A stretch of DNA of 64,000 bases from assembly GCF_036321535.1 (NCBI RefSeq), contig NC_087436.1:2108001-2172000 (forward strand). Reading direction: 5' to 3'. Positions 53,260-64,000 of this stretch are shown piece after piece. The notes below the pieces were generated by a model. It saw nothing but the letters and a program-made list of their open reading frames with translations, was not told the origin of the DNA and searched no databases. Position 1 is the first letter of the stretch. The number at the start of each line of letters is the position of its first letter. The DNA comes from Camelus dromedarius. Lineage: Eukaryota. A program made the position numbers and the translations under genes.

Positions 53260-56200
53260 GTTCCTGCAGTTTTAACTGTAAAACAGATTTGGGGCTAGTA
53301 CCTCCCCATATATATGTATGGAATGGAGGTTGCAACTGAAAAGAAACTTAGTCTTCCCAACAAGCTAGGTGAAGGACGGCTTTCACACACACTTATCTCT
53401 CAGAACTCAGCATGTTGCAAGACGTTCGTTCATCTAGCACAAAGGGAACGGGTTGCATGAGAAACTTTTACTCTGGTTTCTCAGTCTGTTTCCTAGTGCC
53501 GTTTTGAAGTTCCTGCAGTTTTCACTGTAAAACCGATTTGGGGCTAGTACCTCCCCATATATATGTATGGAGTGGAGTTTGCAACTGAAAAGAAACTTTG
53601 TGTTCCCAACAAGCTAGGTGAAGGACGGCTTTCACACACACTTATCTCTCAGAGCTGAGCATGTGGAGAGACGTTCGTTCATCTAGCACAAAGGGAACGG
53701 GAGGCAGGAGAAACTTTTACTCTGGTTTCTCAGTCTGTTTCCTAGTGCCGGTTTGAAGTTCCTGGAGTTTTCACTGTAAAAGACAGTTGGGGCTACTACC
53801 TCCCCTTATATATGTATGGAGTGGAGTTTGCAACTGAAAAGAAACTTTGTGTTCCCAACAAGCTAGGTGAAGGACGGCTTTCACACTCACTTATCTCTCA
53901 GATCTGGACAAGTGGAGAGACGTTCGTTCATCAAGCACAAAGGTAACGTGTTGCAGGAGAAACATTTTCTCTGGTCTCTCAGTCTGTTTCCTGTTGCCGG
54001 TATAAAGTTCCTGCAGTTTTCACTGTAAAACCGAGTTGGAGCTAGTACCTCCCCATATATATGTATGGAGTGGAGTTTGCAACTGAAAATAAACTTTTTG
54101 TTCCCAACAACTAGGGGAAGGACGGCTTTCACACACACTTATCTCTCAGAACTGAGCATGTGGAGAGACGTTCGTTCATCTAGCACAAAGGAACGGGTGG
54201 CAGGAGAAAATTTTACTCTGATTTCTCAGTCTGTTTCCTAGTGCCGGTTTGAAGTTCCTGCAGTTTTCACTTTAAAACAGAGTTGGGGCTAGTACCTCCG
54301 CATATATATGTATGGAGTTGGGTTTGCAACTGAAAAGAAACTTTGTGTTCCCAACTAGATAGTTGAAGGACGGCTTGCACACACACTTATCTCTCAGATC
54401 TGGGCAAGTGGAGAGACGTTCGTTCATCTAGCACAAAGGGAACGGGTTGCAGGAGAAACTTTTACACATTTTTCTCAGTCTGTTTCCTAGTGCCGTTTTG
54501 AAGTGCCTTCAGTTTTCACTGTAAAACACAGTTGGAGCTAGTACCTCCCCATATATATGTATGGAGTGGAGTTTGCAACTGAAAAGAAACTTTGTGTTCC
54601 CAACTAGCTTGGGGAAGGACGGATTTAACACACACTTATCTCTCAGAACTAAGCATGTGGAGAGACGTTCGTTCATTTAGCACAAAGGGAACGGGTTGCA
54701 AGTGAAACGTTTACTCTAGTTTCTCAGTCTGTTTCCTAGTGTCGGTTGAAGTTCCTGCAGTTTTCACTGTAAAACCGAGTTGGAGCTAGTACCTCCCCAT
54801 ATATATGTATGGATTGGAGTTTGCAACTGAAAAGAAACTTTGTGTTCCCTACAAGCTAGTTGAAGGACGGCTTTCACACACACTTATCTCTCAGAACTGA
54901 GCATGTGGAGAAACGTTCGTTCATCAAGCACAAAGGGAACGGGTTGCAGGAGAAACTTTTACACTGTTTTCTCAGTCTGTTTCTTAGTGCCGGTTTGAAG
55001 ATTCTGCAGTTTTCACGGTAAAACCGTGTTGGAGCTAGTACCTTAGCATATATATGTATGGATTGGAGTTTGCAAGTGAAAAGAAACTTTGTGTTCCCAA
55101 CAAGCTAGGTGAAGGACGGCTTTCACACACACTTATCTCTCAGAACTGAGCATGTGGAGAGAAGTTCGTTCATCTAGCACAAAGGGAACGGGTTGCAGGA
55201 GAAACTTTTACAAATTTTTCTCAGTCTGTTTCCTAGTGCCGTTTTGAAGTGCCTTCAGTTTTCACTGTAAAACACAGTTGGAGCTAGTACCTCCCCATAT
55301 ATATGTATGGAGTGGAGTTTGCAACTGAAAAGAAACTTTGTGTTCCCAACAAGCTAGGGGAAGGACGGCTTTAACACACAATTTTCTCTCAGAACTAAGC
55401 ATGTGGAGAGACGTTCGTTCATCTAGCACAAAGGGAACGGGTTGCAGGTGAAACTTTTTCTCTGGTTTCTCAGTCTGTTTCCTAGTGTCGGTTTGAAGTT
55501 CCTGCAGTTTTCACTGTAAAACCGAGTTGGAGCTAGTACCTCCCCATATATATGTATGGAGTGGAGTTTGCAACTGAAAAGAAACTTTGTGTTCCCAACA
55601 AGCTAGTTGAAGGACGGCTTTCACACACACTTATCTCTCAGAACTGAGCATGTGGAGAGAAGTTCGTTCATGTAGCACAAAGGGAACGGGTTGCAGGGGA
55701 AACTTTTACTCTGGATTCTCAGTCTGTTTCGTAGTGTCGGTTAGAAGTTCCTGCAGTTTTCACTGTAAAACCGAGCTGGAGCTAGTACTTCCCCTTATAT
55801 ATGTATGGAGTGGAGTTTGCAACTGAAAAGAAACTTTGTGTTCCCAACAAGCTAGTTGAAGGACGGCTTTCACACACACTTATCTCTCAGAACTGAGCAT
55901 GTGGAGAGAAGTTCGTTCATGTAGCACAAAGGGAACGGGTTGCAGGGGAAACTTTTACTCTGGATTCTCAGTCTGTTTCGTAGTGTCGGTTAGAAGTTCC
56001 TGCAGTTTTCACTGTAAAACCGAGCTGGAGCTAGTACTTCCCCTTATATATGTATGGATTGGAGTTTGTAAGTGAAAAGAAACTTTGTGTTCCCAAGAAG
56101 CTAGGTGAAGGACGGCTTTCACACACACTTATCTCTCAGAACTGGGCAAGTGGAGAGACGTTCGTTCATCTAGCACAAAGGGAACGGGTTGCAGGAGAAA

Positions 56201-59200
56201 CTTTTTCTCTGGTTTCTCATTCTGTTTCCTGTTGCCGGTTTAAAGTTCCTGCAATTTTCACTGTAAAACCGAGTTGGAGCATGTCCCTCCCCATATATAT
56301 GTATGGATTGGAGTTTGCAACTGAAAGGAACTATGTGTTCCAAAGAAGCTAGGTGAAGGACGGCTTTCACACACACTTATCTCTCAGAACTGAGCATGTG
56401 GAGAGAAGTTCGTTCATCTAGCACAAAGGGAACGGTTTGCAGGAGAAACTTTTACACATTTTTCTCAGTCTGTTTCCTAGTGCCGTTTTGAAGTGCCTTC
56501 AGTTTTCACTGTAAAACACAGTTGGAGCTAGTACCTCCCCATATATATGTATGGAGTGGAGTTTGCAACTGAAAAGAAACTTTGTGTTCCCAACAAGCTA
56601 GGGGAAGGACGGCTTTAACACACAATTTTCTCTCAGAACTAAGCATGTGGAGAGACGTTCGTTCATCTAGCACAAAGGGTACGGGTTGCAGGTGAAACTT
56701 TTTCTCTGGTTTCTCAGTCTGTTTCCTAGTGTCGGTTTGAAGTTCCTGCAGTTTTCACTGTAAAACCGAGTTGGAGCTAGTACCTCCCCATATATATGTA
56801 TGGAGTGGAGTTTGCAACTGAAAAGAAACTTTGTGTTCCCAACAAGCTAGTTGAAGGACGGCTTTCACACACACTTATCTCTCAGAACTGAGCATGTGGA
56901 GAGAAGTTCGTTCATGTAGCACAAAGGGAACGGGTTGCAGGGGAAACTTTTACTCTGGATTCTCAGTCTGTTTCGTAGTGTCGGTTAGAAGTTCCTGCAG
57001 TTTTCACTGTAAAACCGAGCTGGAGCTAGTACTTCCCCTTATATATGTATGGATTGGAGTTTGTAAGTGAAAAGAAACTTTGTGTTCCCAAGAAGCTAGG
57101 TGAAGGACGGCTTTCACACACACTTATCTCTCAGAACTGGGCAAGTGGAGAGACGTTCGTTCATCTAGCACAAAGTGAACGGGTTGCAAGAGAAACTTTT
57201 TCTCTGGTTTCTCATTCTGTTTCCTGTTGCCGGTTTAAAGTTCCTGCAATTTTCACTGTAAAACCGAGTTGGAGCATGTCCCTCCCCATATATATGTATG
57301 GATTGGAGTTTGCAACTGAAAGGAACTATGTGTTCCAAAGAAGCTAGGTGAAGGACGGCTTTCACACACACTTATCTCTCAGAACTGAGCATGTGGAGAG
57401 AAGTTCGTTCATCTAGCACAAAGGGAACGGGTTGCAGGAGAAACTTTTACACATTTTTCTCAGTCTGTTTCCTAGTGCCGTTTTGAAGTGCCTTCAGTTT
57501 TCACTGTAAAACACAGTTGGAGCTAGTACCTCCCCATATATATGTATGGAGTGGAGTTTGCAACTGAAAAGAAACTTTGTGTTCCCAACAAGCTAGGGGA
57601 AGGACGGCTTTAACACACAATTTTCTCTCAGAACTAAGCATGTGGAGAGACGTTCGTTCATCTAGCACAAAGGGAACGGGTTGCAGGTGAAACTTTTTCT
57701 CTGGTTTCTCAGTCTGTTTCCTAGTGTCGGTTTGAAGTTCCTGCAGTTTTCACTGTAAAACCGAGTTGGAGCTAGTACCTCCCCATATATATGTATGGAG
57801 TGGAGTTTGCAACTGAAAAGAAACTTTGTGTTCCCAACAAGCTAGTTGAAGGACGGCTTTCACACACACTTATCTCTCAGAACTGAGCATGTGGAGAGAA
57901 GTTCGTTCATGTAGCACAAAGGGAACGGGTTGCAGGGGAAACTTTTACTCTGGATTCACAGACTGTTTCGTAGTGTCGGTTAGAAGTTCCTGCAGTTTTA
58001 ACTGTAAAACAGATTTGGGGCTAGTACCTCCCCATATATATGTATGGAATGGAGGTTGCAACTGAAAAGAAACTTAGTCTTCCCAACAAGCTAGGTGAAG
58101 GACGGCTTTCACACACACTTATCTCTCAGAACTCAGCATGTTGCAAGACGTTCGTTCATCTAGCACAAAGGGAACGGGTTGCATGAGAAACTTTTACTCT
58201 GGTTTCTCAGTCTGTTTCCTAGTGCCGTTTTGAAGTTCCTGCAGTTTTCACTGTAAAACCGATTTGGGGCTAGTACCTCCCCATATATATGTATGGAGTG
58301 GAGTTTGCAACTGAAAAGAAACTTTGTGTTCCCAACAAGCTAGGTGAAGGACGGCTTTCACACACACTTATCTCTCAGAGCTGAGCATGTGGAGAGACGT
58401 TCGTTCATCTAGCACAAAGGGAACGGGAGGCAGGAGAAACTTTTACTCTGGTTTCTCAGTCTGTTTCCTAGTGCCGGTTTGAAGTTCCTGGAGTTTTCAC
58501 TGTAAAAGACAGTTGGGGCTACTACCTCCCCTTATATATGTATGGAGTGGAGTTTGCAACTGAAAAGAAACTTTGTGTTCCCAACAAGCTAGGTGAAGGA
58601 CGGCTTTCACACTCACTTAACTCTCAGATCTGGACAAGTGGAGAGACGTTCGTTCATCAAGCACAAAGGTAACGTGTTGCAGGAGAAACATTTTCTCTGG
58701 TCTCTCAGTCTGTTTCCTGTTGCCGGTATAAAGTTCCTGCAGTTTTCACTGTAAAACCGAGTTGGAGCTAGTACCTCCCCATATATATGTATGGAGTGGA
58801 GTTTGCAACTGAAAAGAAACTTTGTGTTCCCAACAACTAGGGGAAGGACGGCTTTCACACACACTTATCTCTCAGAACTGAGCATGTGGAGAGACGTTCG
58901 TTCATCTAGCACAAAGGAACGGGTGGCAGGAGAAAATTTTACTCTGATTTCTCAGTCTGTTTCCTAGTGCCGGTTTGAAGTTCCTGCAGTTTTCACTTTA
59001 AAACAGAGTTGGGGCTAGTACCTCCGCATATATATGTATGGAGTTGGGTTTGCAACTGAAAAGAAACTTTGTGTTCCCAACTAGATAGTTGAAGGACGGC
59101 TTGCACACACACTTATCTCTCAGATCTGGGCAAGTGGAGAGACGTTCGTTCATCTAGCACAAAGGGAACGGGTTGCAGGAGAAACTTTTACACATTTTTC

Positions 59201-60520
59201 TCAGTCTGTTTCCTAGTGCCGTTTTGAAGTGCCTTCAGTTTTCACTGTAAAACACAGTTGGAGCTAGTACCTCCCCATATATATGTATGGAGTGGAGTTT
59301 GCAACTGAAAAGAAACTTTGTGTTCCCAACTAGCTTGGGGAAGGACGGATTTAACACACACTTATCTCTCAGAACTAAGCATGTGGAGAGACGTTCGTTC
59401 ATTTAGCACAAAGGGAACGGGTTGCAAGTGAAACGTTTACTCTAGTTTCTCAGTCTGTTTCCTAGTGTCGGTTGAAGTTCCTGCAGTTTTCACTGTAAAA
59501 CCGAGTTGGAGCTAGTACCTCCCCATATATATGTATGGATTGGAGTTTGCAACTGAAAAGAAACTTTGTGTTCCCTACAAGCTAGTTGAAGGACGGCTTT
59601 CACACACACTTATCTCTCAGAACTGAGCATGTGGAGAAACGTTCGTTCATCAAGCACAAAGGGAACGGGTTGCAGGAGAAACTTTTACACTGTTTTCTCA
59701 GTCTGTTTCTTAGTGCCGGTTTGAAGATTCTGCAGTTTTCACGGTAAAACCGTGTTGGAGCTAGTACCTTAGCATATATATGTATGGATTGGAGTTTGCA
59801 AGTGAAAAGAAACTTTGTGTTCCCAACAAGCTAGGTGAAGGACGGCTTTCACACACACTTATCTCTCAGAACTGAGCATGTGGAGAGAAGTTCGTTCATC
59901 TAGCACAAAGGGAACGGGTTGCAGGAGAAACTTTTACAAATTTTTCTCAGTCTGTTTCCTAGTGCCGTTTTGAAGTGCCTTCAGTTTTCACTGTAAAACA
60001 CAGTTGGAGCTAGTACCTCCCCATATATATGTATGGAGTGGAGTTTGCAACTGAAAAGAAACTTTGTGTTCCCAACAAGCTAGGGGAAGGACGGCTTTAA
60101 CACACAATTTTCTCTCAGAACTAAGCATGTGGAGAGACGTTCGTTCATCTAGCACAAAGGGAACGGGTTGCAGGTGAAACTTTTTCTCTGGTTTCTCAGT
60201 CTGTTTCCTAGTGTCGGTTTGAAGTTCCTGCAGTTTTCACTGTAAAACCGAGTTGGAGCTAGTACCTCCCCATATATATGTATGGAGTGGAGTTTGCAAC
60301 TGAAAAGAAACTTTGTGTTCCCAACAAGCTAGTTGAAGGACGGTTTCACACACACTTATCTCTCAGAACTGAGCATGTGGAGAGAAGTTCGTTCATGTAG
60401 CACAAAGGGAACGGGTTGCAGGGGAAACTTTTACTCTGGATTCTCAGTCTGTTTCGTAGTGTCGGTTAGAAGTTCCTGCAGTTTTCACTGTAAAACCGAG
60501 CTGGAGCTAGTACTTCCCCT
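53260..60520. repeat. 19-monomer duplication (4726-bp offset)
   Basis: 'aacttagtcttccc' and 'catgttgcaagacg' at ~53345-53425 recur at ~58071-58150. ORFs 53887 and 58613 are offset by 4726. Confidence 0.9.
55950..57990. repeat. Homogeneous 4-monomer HOR (995 bp), 2 copies
   Basis: ORFs 56050/57045 and 56170/57165 are offset by 995. Same diagnostic variants as the terminal 4-mer. Confidence 0.9.
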
Positions 60521-63500
60521 TATATATGTATGGATTGGAGTTTGTAAGTGAAAAGAAACTTTGTGTTCCCAAGAAGCTAGGTGAAGGACGGCTTTCACAC
60601 ACACTTATCTCTCAGAACTGTGCAAGTGGAGAGACGTTCGTTCATCTAGCACAAATTGAACGGGTTGCAAGAGAAACTTTTTCTCTGGTTTCTCATTCTG
60701 TTTCCTGTTGCCGGTTTAAAGTTCCTGCAATTTTCACTGTAAAACCGAGTTGGAGCATGTCCCTCCCCATATATATGTATGGATTGGAGTTTGCAACTGA
60801 AAGGAACTATGTGTTCCAAAGAAGCTAGGTGAAGGACGGCTTTCACACACACTTATCTCTCAGAACTGAGCATGTGGAGAGAAGTTCGTTCATCTAGCAC
60901 AAAGGGAACGGGTTGCAGGAGAAACTATTACACATTTTTCTCAGTCTGTTTCCTAGTGCCGTTTTGAAGTGCCTTCAGTTTTCACTGTAAAACACAGTTG
61001 GAGCTAGTACCTCCCCATATATATGTATGGAGTGGAGTTTGCAACTGAAAAGAAACTTTGTGTTCCCAACAAGCTAGGGGAAGGACGGCTTTAACACACA
61101 ATTTTCTCTCAGAACTAAGCATGTGGAGAGACGTTCGTTCATCTAGCACAAAGGGAACGGGTTGCAGGTGAAACTTTTTCTCTGGTTTCTCAGTCTGTTT
61201 CCTAGTGTCGGTTTGAAGTTCCTGCAGTTTTCACTGTAAAACCGAGTTGGAGCTAGTACCTCCCCATATATATGTATGGAGTGGAGTTTGCAACTGAAAA
61301 GAAACTTTGTGTTCCCAACAAGCTAGTTGAAGGACGGCTTTCACACACACTTATCTCTCAGAACTGAGCATGTGGAGAGAAGTTCGTTCATGTAGCACAA
61401 AGGGAACGGGTTGCAGGGGAAACTTTTACTCTGGATTCTCAGTCTGTTTCGTAGTGTCGGTTAGAAGTTCCTGCAGTTTTCACTGTAAAACCGAGCTGGA
61501 GCTAGTACTTCCCCTTATATATGTATGGATTGGAGTTTGTAAGTGAAAAGAAACTTTGTGTTCCCAAGAAGCTAGGTGAAGGACGGCTTTCACACACACT
61601 TATCTCTCAGAACTGGGCAAGTGGAGAGACGTTCGTTCATCTAGCACAAAGGGAACGGGTTGCAGGAGAAACTTTTTCTCTGGTTTCTCATTCTGTTTCC
61701 TGTTGCCGGTTTAAAGTTCCTGCAATTTTCACTGTAAAACCGAGTTGGAGCATGTCCCTCCCCATATATATGTATGGATTGGAGTTTGCAACTGAAAGGA
61801 ACTATGTGTTCCAAAGAAGCTAGGTGAAGGACGGCTTTCACACACACTTATCTCTCAGAACTGAGCATGTGGAGAGAAGTTCGTTCATCTAGCACAAAGG
61901 GAACGGTTTGCAGGAGAAACTTTTACACATTTTTCTCAGTCTGTTTCCTAGTGCCGTTTTGAAGTGCCTTCAGTTTTCACTGTAAAACACAGTTGGAGCT
62001 AGTACCTCCCCATATATATGTATGGAGTGGAGTTTGCAACTGAAAAGAAACTTTGTGTTCCCAACAAGCTAGGGGAAGGACGGCTTTAACACACAATTTT
62101 CTCTCAGAACTAAGCATGTGGAGAGACGTTCGTTCATCTAGCACAAAGGGAACGGGTTGCAGGTGAAACTTTTTCTCTGGTTTCTCAGTCTGTTTCCTAG
62201 TGTCGGTTTGAAGTTCCTGCAGTTTTCACTGTAAAACCGAGTTGGAGCTAGTACCTCCCCATATATATGTATGGAGTGGAGTTTGCAACTGAAAAGAAAC
62301 TTTGTGTTCCCAACAAGCTAGTTGAAGGACGGCTTTCACACACACTTATCTCTCAGAACTGAGCATGTGGAGAGAAGTTCGTTCATGTAGCACAAAGGGA
62401 ACGGGTTGCAGGGGAAACTTTTACTCTGGATTCTCAGTCTGTTTCGTAGTGTCGGTTAGAAGTTCCTGCAGTTTTCACTGTAAAACCGAGCTGGAGCTAG
62501 TACTTCCCCTTATATATGTATGGATTGGAGTTTGTAAGTGAAAAGAAACTTTGTGTTCCCAAGAAGCTAGGTGAAGGACGGCTTTCACACACACTTATCT
62601 CTCAGAACTGGGCAAGTGGAGAGACGTTCGTTCATCTAGCACAAAGTGAACGGGTTGCAAGAGAAACTTTTTCTCTGGTTTCTCATTCTGTTTCCTGTTG
62701 CCGGTTTAAAGTTCCTGCAATTTTCACTGTAAAACCGAGTTGGAGCATGTCCCTCCCCATATATATGTATGGATTGGAGTTTGCAACTGAAAGGAACTAT
62801 GTGTTCCAAAGAAGCTAGGTGAAGGACGGCTTTCACACACACTTATCTCTCAGAACTGAGCATGTGGAGAGAAGTTCGTTCATCTAGCACAAAGGGAACG
62901 GGTTGCAGGAGAAACTTTTACACATTTTTCTCAGTCTGTTTCCTAGTGCCGTTTTGAAGTGCCTTCAGTTTTCACTGTAAAACACAGTTGGAGCTAGTAC
63001 CTCCCCATATATATGTATGGAGTGGAGTTTGCAACTGAAAAGAAACTTTGTGTTCCCAACAAGCTAGGGGAAGGACGGCTTTAACACACAATTTTCTCTC
63101 AGAACTAAGCATGTGGAGAGACGTTCGTTCATCTAGCACAAAGGGAACGGGTTGCAGGTGAAACTTTTTCTCTGGTTTCTCAGTCTGTTTCCTAGTGTCG
63201 GTTTGAAGTTCCTGCAGTTTTCACTGTAAAACCGAGTTGGAGCTAGTACCTCCCCATATATATGTATGGAGTGGAGTTTGCAACTGAAAAGAAACTTTGT
63301 GTTCCCAACAAGCTAGTTGAAGGACGGCTTTCACACACACTTATCTCTCAGAACTGAGCATGTGGAGAGAAGTTCGTTCATGTAGCACAAAGGGAACGGG
63401 TTGCAGGGGAAACTTTTACTCTGGATTCTCAGTCTGTTTCGTAGTGTCGGTTAGAAGTTCCTGCAGTTTTCACTGTAAAACCGAGCTGGAGCTAGTACTT

Positions 63501-64000
63501 CCCCTTATATATGTATGGATTGGAGTTTGTAAGTGAAAAGAAACTTTGTGTTCCCAAGAAGCTAGGTGAAGGACGGCTTTCACACACACTTATCTCTCAG
63601 AACTGGGCAAGTGGAGAGACGTTCGTTCATCTAGCACAAAGTGAACGGGTTGCAAGTGAAACTTTTTCTCTGGTTTCTCATTCTGTTTCCTGTTGCTGGT
63701 TTAAAGTTCCTGCAATTTTCACTGTAAAACCGAGTTGGAGCATGTCCCTCCCCATATATATGTATGGATTGGAGTTTGCAACTGAAAGGAACTATGTGTT
63801 CCAAAGAAGCTAGGTGAAGGACGGCTTTCACACACACTTATCTCTCAGAACTGAGCATGTGGAGAGAAGTTCGTTCATCTAGCACAAAGGGAACGGGTTG
63901 CAGGAGAAACTTTTACACATTTTTCTCAGTCTGTTTCCTAGTGCCGTTTTGAAGTGCCTTCAGTTTTCACTGTAAAACACAGTTGGAGCTAGTACCTCCC
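59930..64000. repeat. Homogeneous 4-monomer HOR (995 bp), at least 4 copies, running off the window end
   Basis: ORFs 60526, 61521, 62516 and 63511 are each offset by 995 with near-identical translations. Diagnostic variants are 'gtttcgtagtgtcggttaga', 'catgtccctc' and 'actatgtgttccaaagaag'. Confidence 0.95.

Larger units (their letters stand above)
1..64000. repeat. Tandem satellite DNA array, 249-bp monomer, ~257 head-to-tail copies (likely centromeric/pericentromeric satellite; family not identified)
   Basis: The motif 'cttttact' recurs at 1, 250, 499, 748 and onward. Homologous ORF starts are offset by near-multiples of 249 (2340, 2838, 3336; 15033, 15282). The same monomer continues to the last base in one orientation. 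Confidence 0.99.

Noticed and set aside
1095..63837. More than 100 short ORFs (60-108 aa) such as MYGVEFATEK... and MCVKAVLHLA...
   Set aside because: They are translations of the satellite monomer in several frames on both strands, opened or closed by random point changes at stop codons. Most monomers have in-frame stops and frameshifts, and I recognise no protein domain.
1..64000. CRISPR array or other repeat-spacer system
   Set aside because: There are no unique spacers: the entire 249 bp is repeated with scattered substitutions, and no cas or other genes are present.
1..64000. Tandem RNA gene cluster (5S rRNA, tRNA, snRNA, spliced leader)
   Set aside because: I recognise no 5S, tRNA or snRNA sequence, and variation is spread over the whole unit with no conserved gene versus variable spacer partition. 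An Rfam scan would settle it.
1..64000. Giant repetitive-protein exon (249 = 83 codons)
   Set aside because: The reading frames are interrupted by frequent stops, the longest ORF in the track is 108 aa, and 1-bp deletions are common.
1..64000. Transposon insertions or strand inversions within the array
   Set aside because: I saw no non-satellite sequence or reverse-oriented monomer, and offsets between homologous positions stay consistent with a continuous ~249-bp phase.

Overview
The whole 64 kb window is one uninterrupted head-to-tail satellite DNA array, about 257 copies of a 249-bp monomer, all in the same orientation. I saw no inversion, transposon insertion, unique sequence, gene or RNA gene. 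Approximate monomer consensus read by eye: cttttactctggtttctcagtctgtttcctagtgccggtttgaagttcctgcagttttcactgtaaaaccgagttggagctagtacctccccatatatatgtatggagtggagtttgcaactgaaaagaaactttgtgttcccaacaagctaggtgaaggacggctttcacacacacttatctctcagaactgagcatgtggagagacgttcgttcatctagcacaaagggaacgggttgcaggagaaa. All listed ORFs are chance translations of this repeat. The informative structure is a mosaic of local higher-order repeats (HORs) whose period changes along the array: 7-, 4-, 3-, 6-, 13/18-, 8/11-, 5-, 10-, 19- and finally a very homogeneous 4-mer of 995 bp. That last 4-mer can be derived from the upstream 10-mer by two 3-monomer deletions. The monomer is rich in short dyad symmetries, may be an ancient dimer, and carries a wrongly spaced CENP-B-box-like motif. 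The organisation resembles a eukaryotic centromeric or pericentromeric satellite, but I cannot identify the species or family, and centromere function is inference only. HOR boundaries are approximate to about one monomer. Periods come from offsets of diagnostic variants and of matching ORF-track entries.
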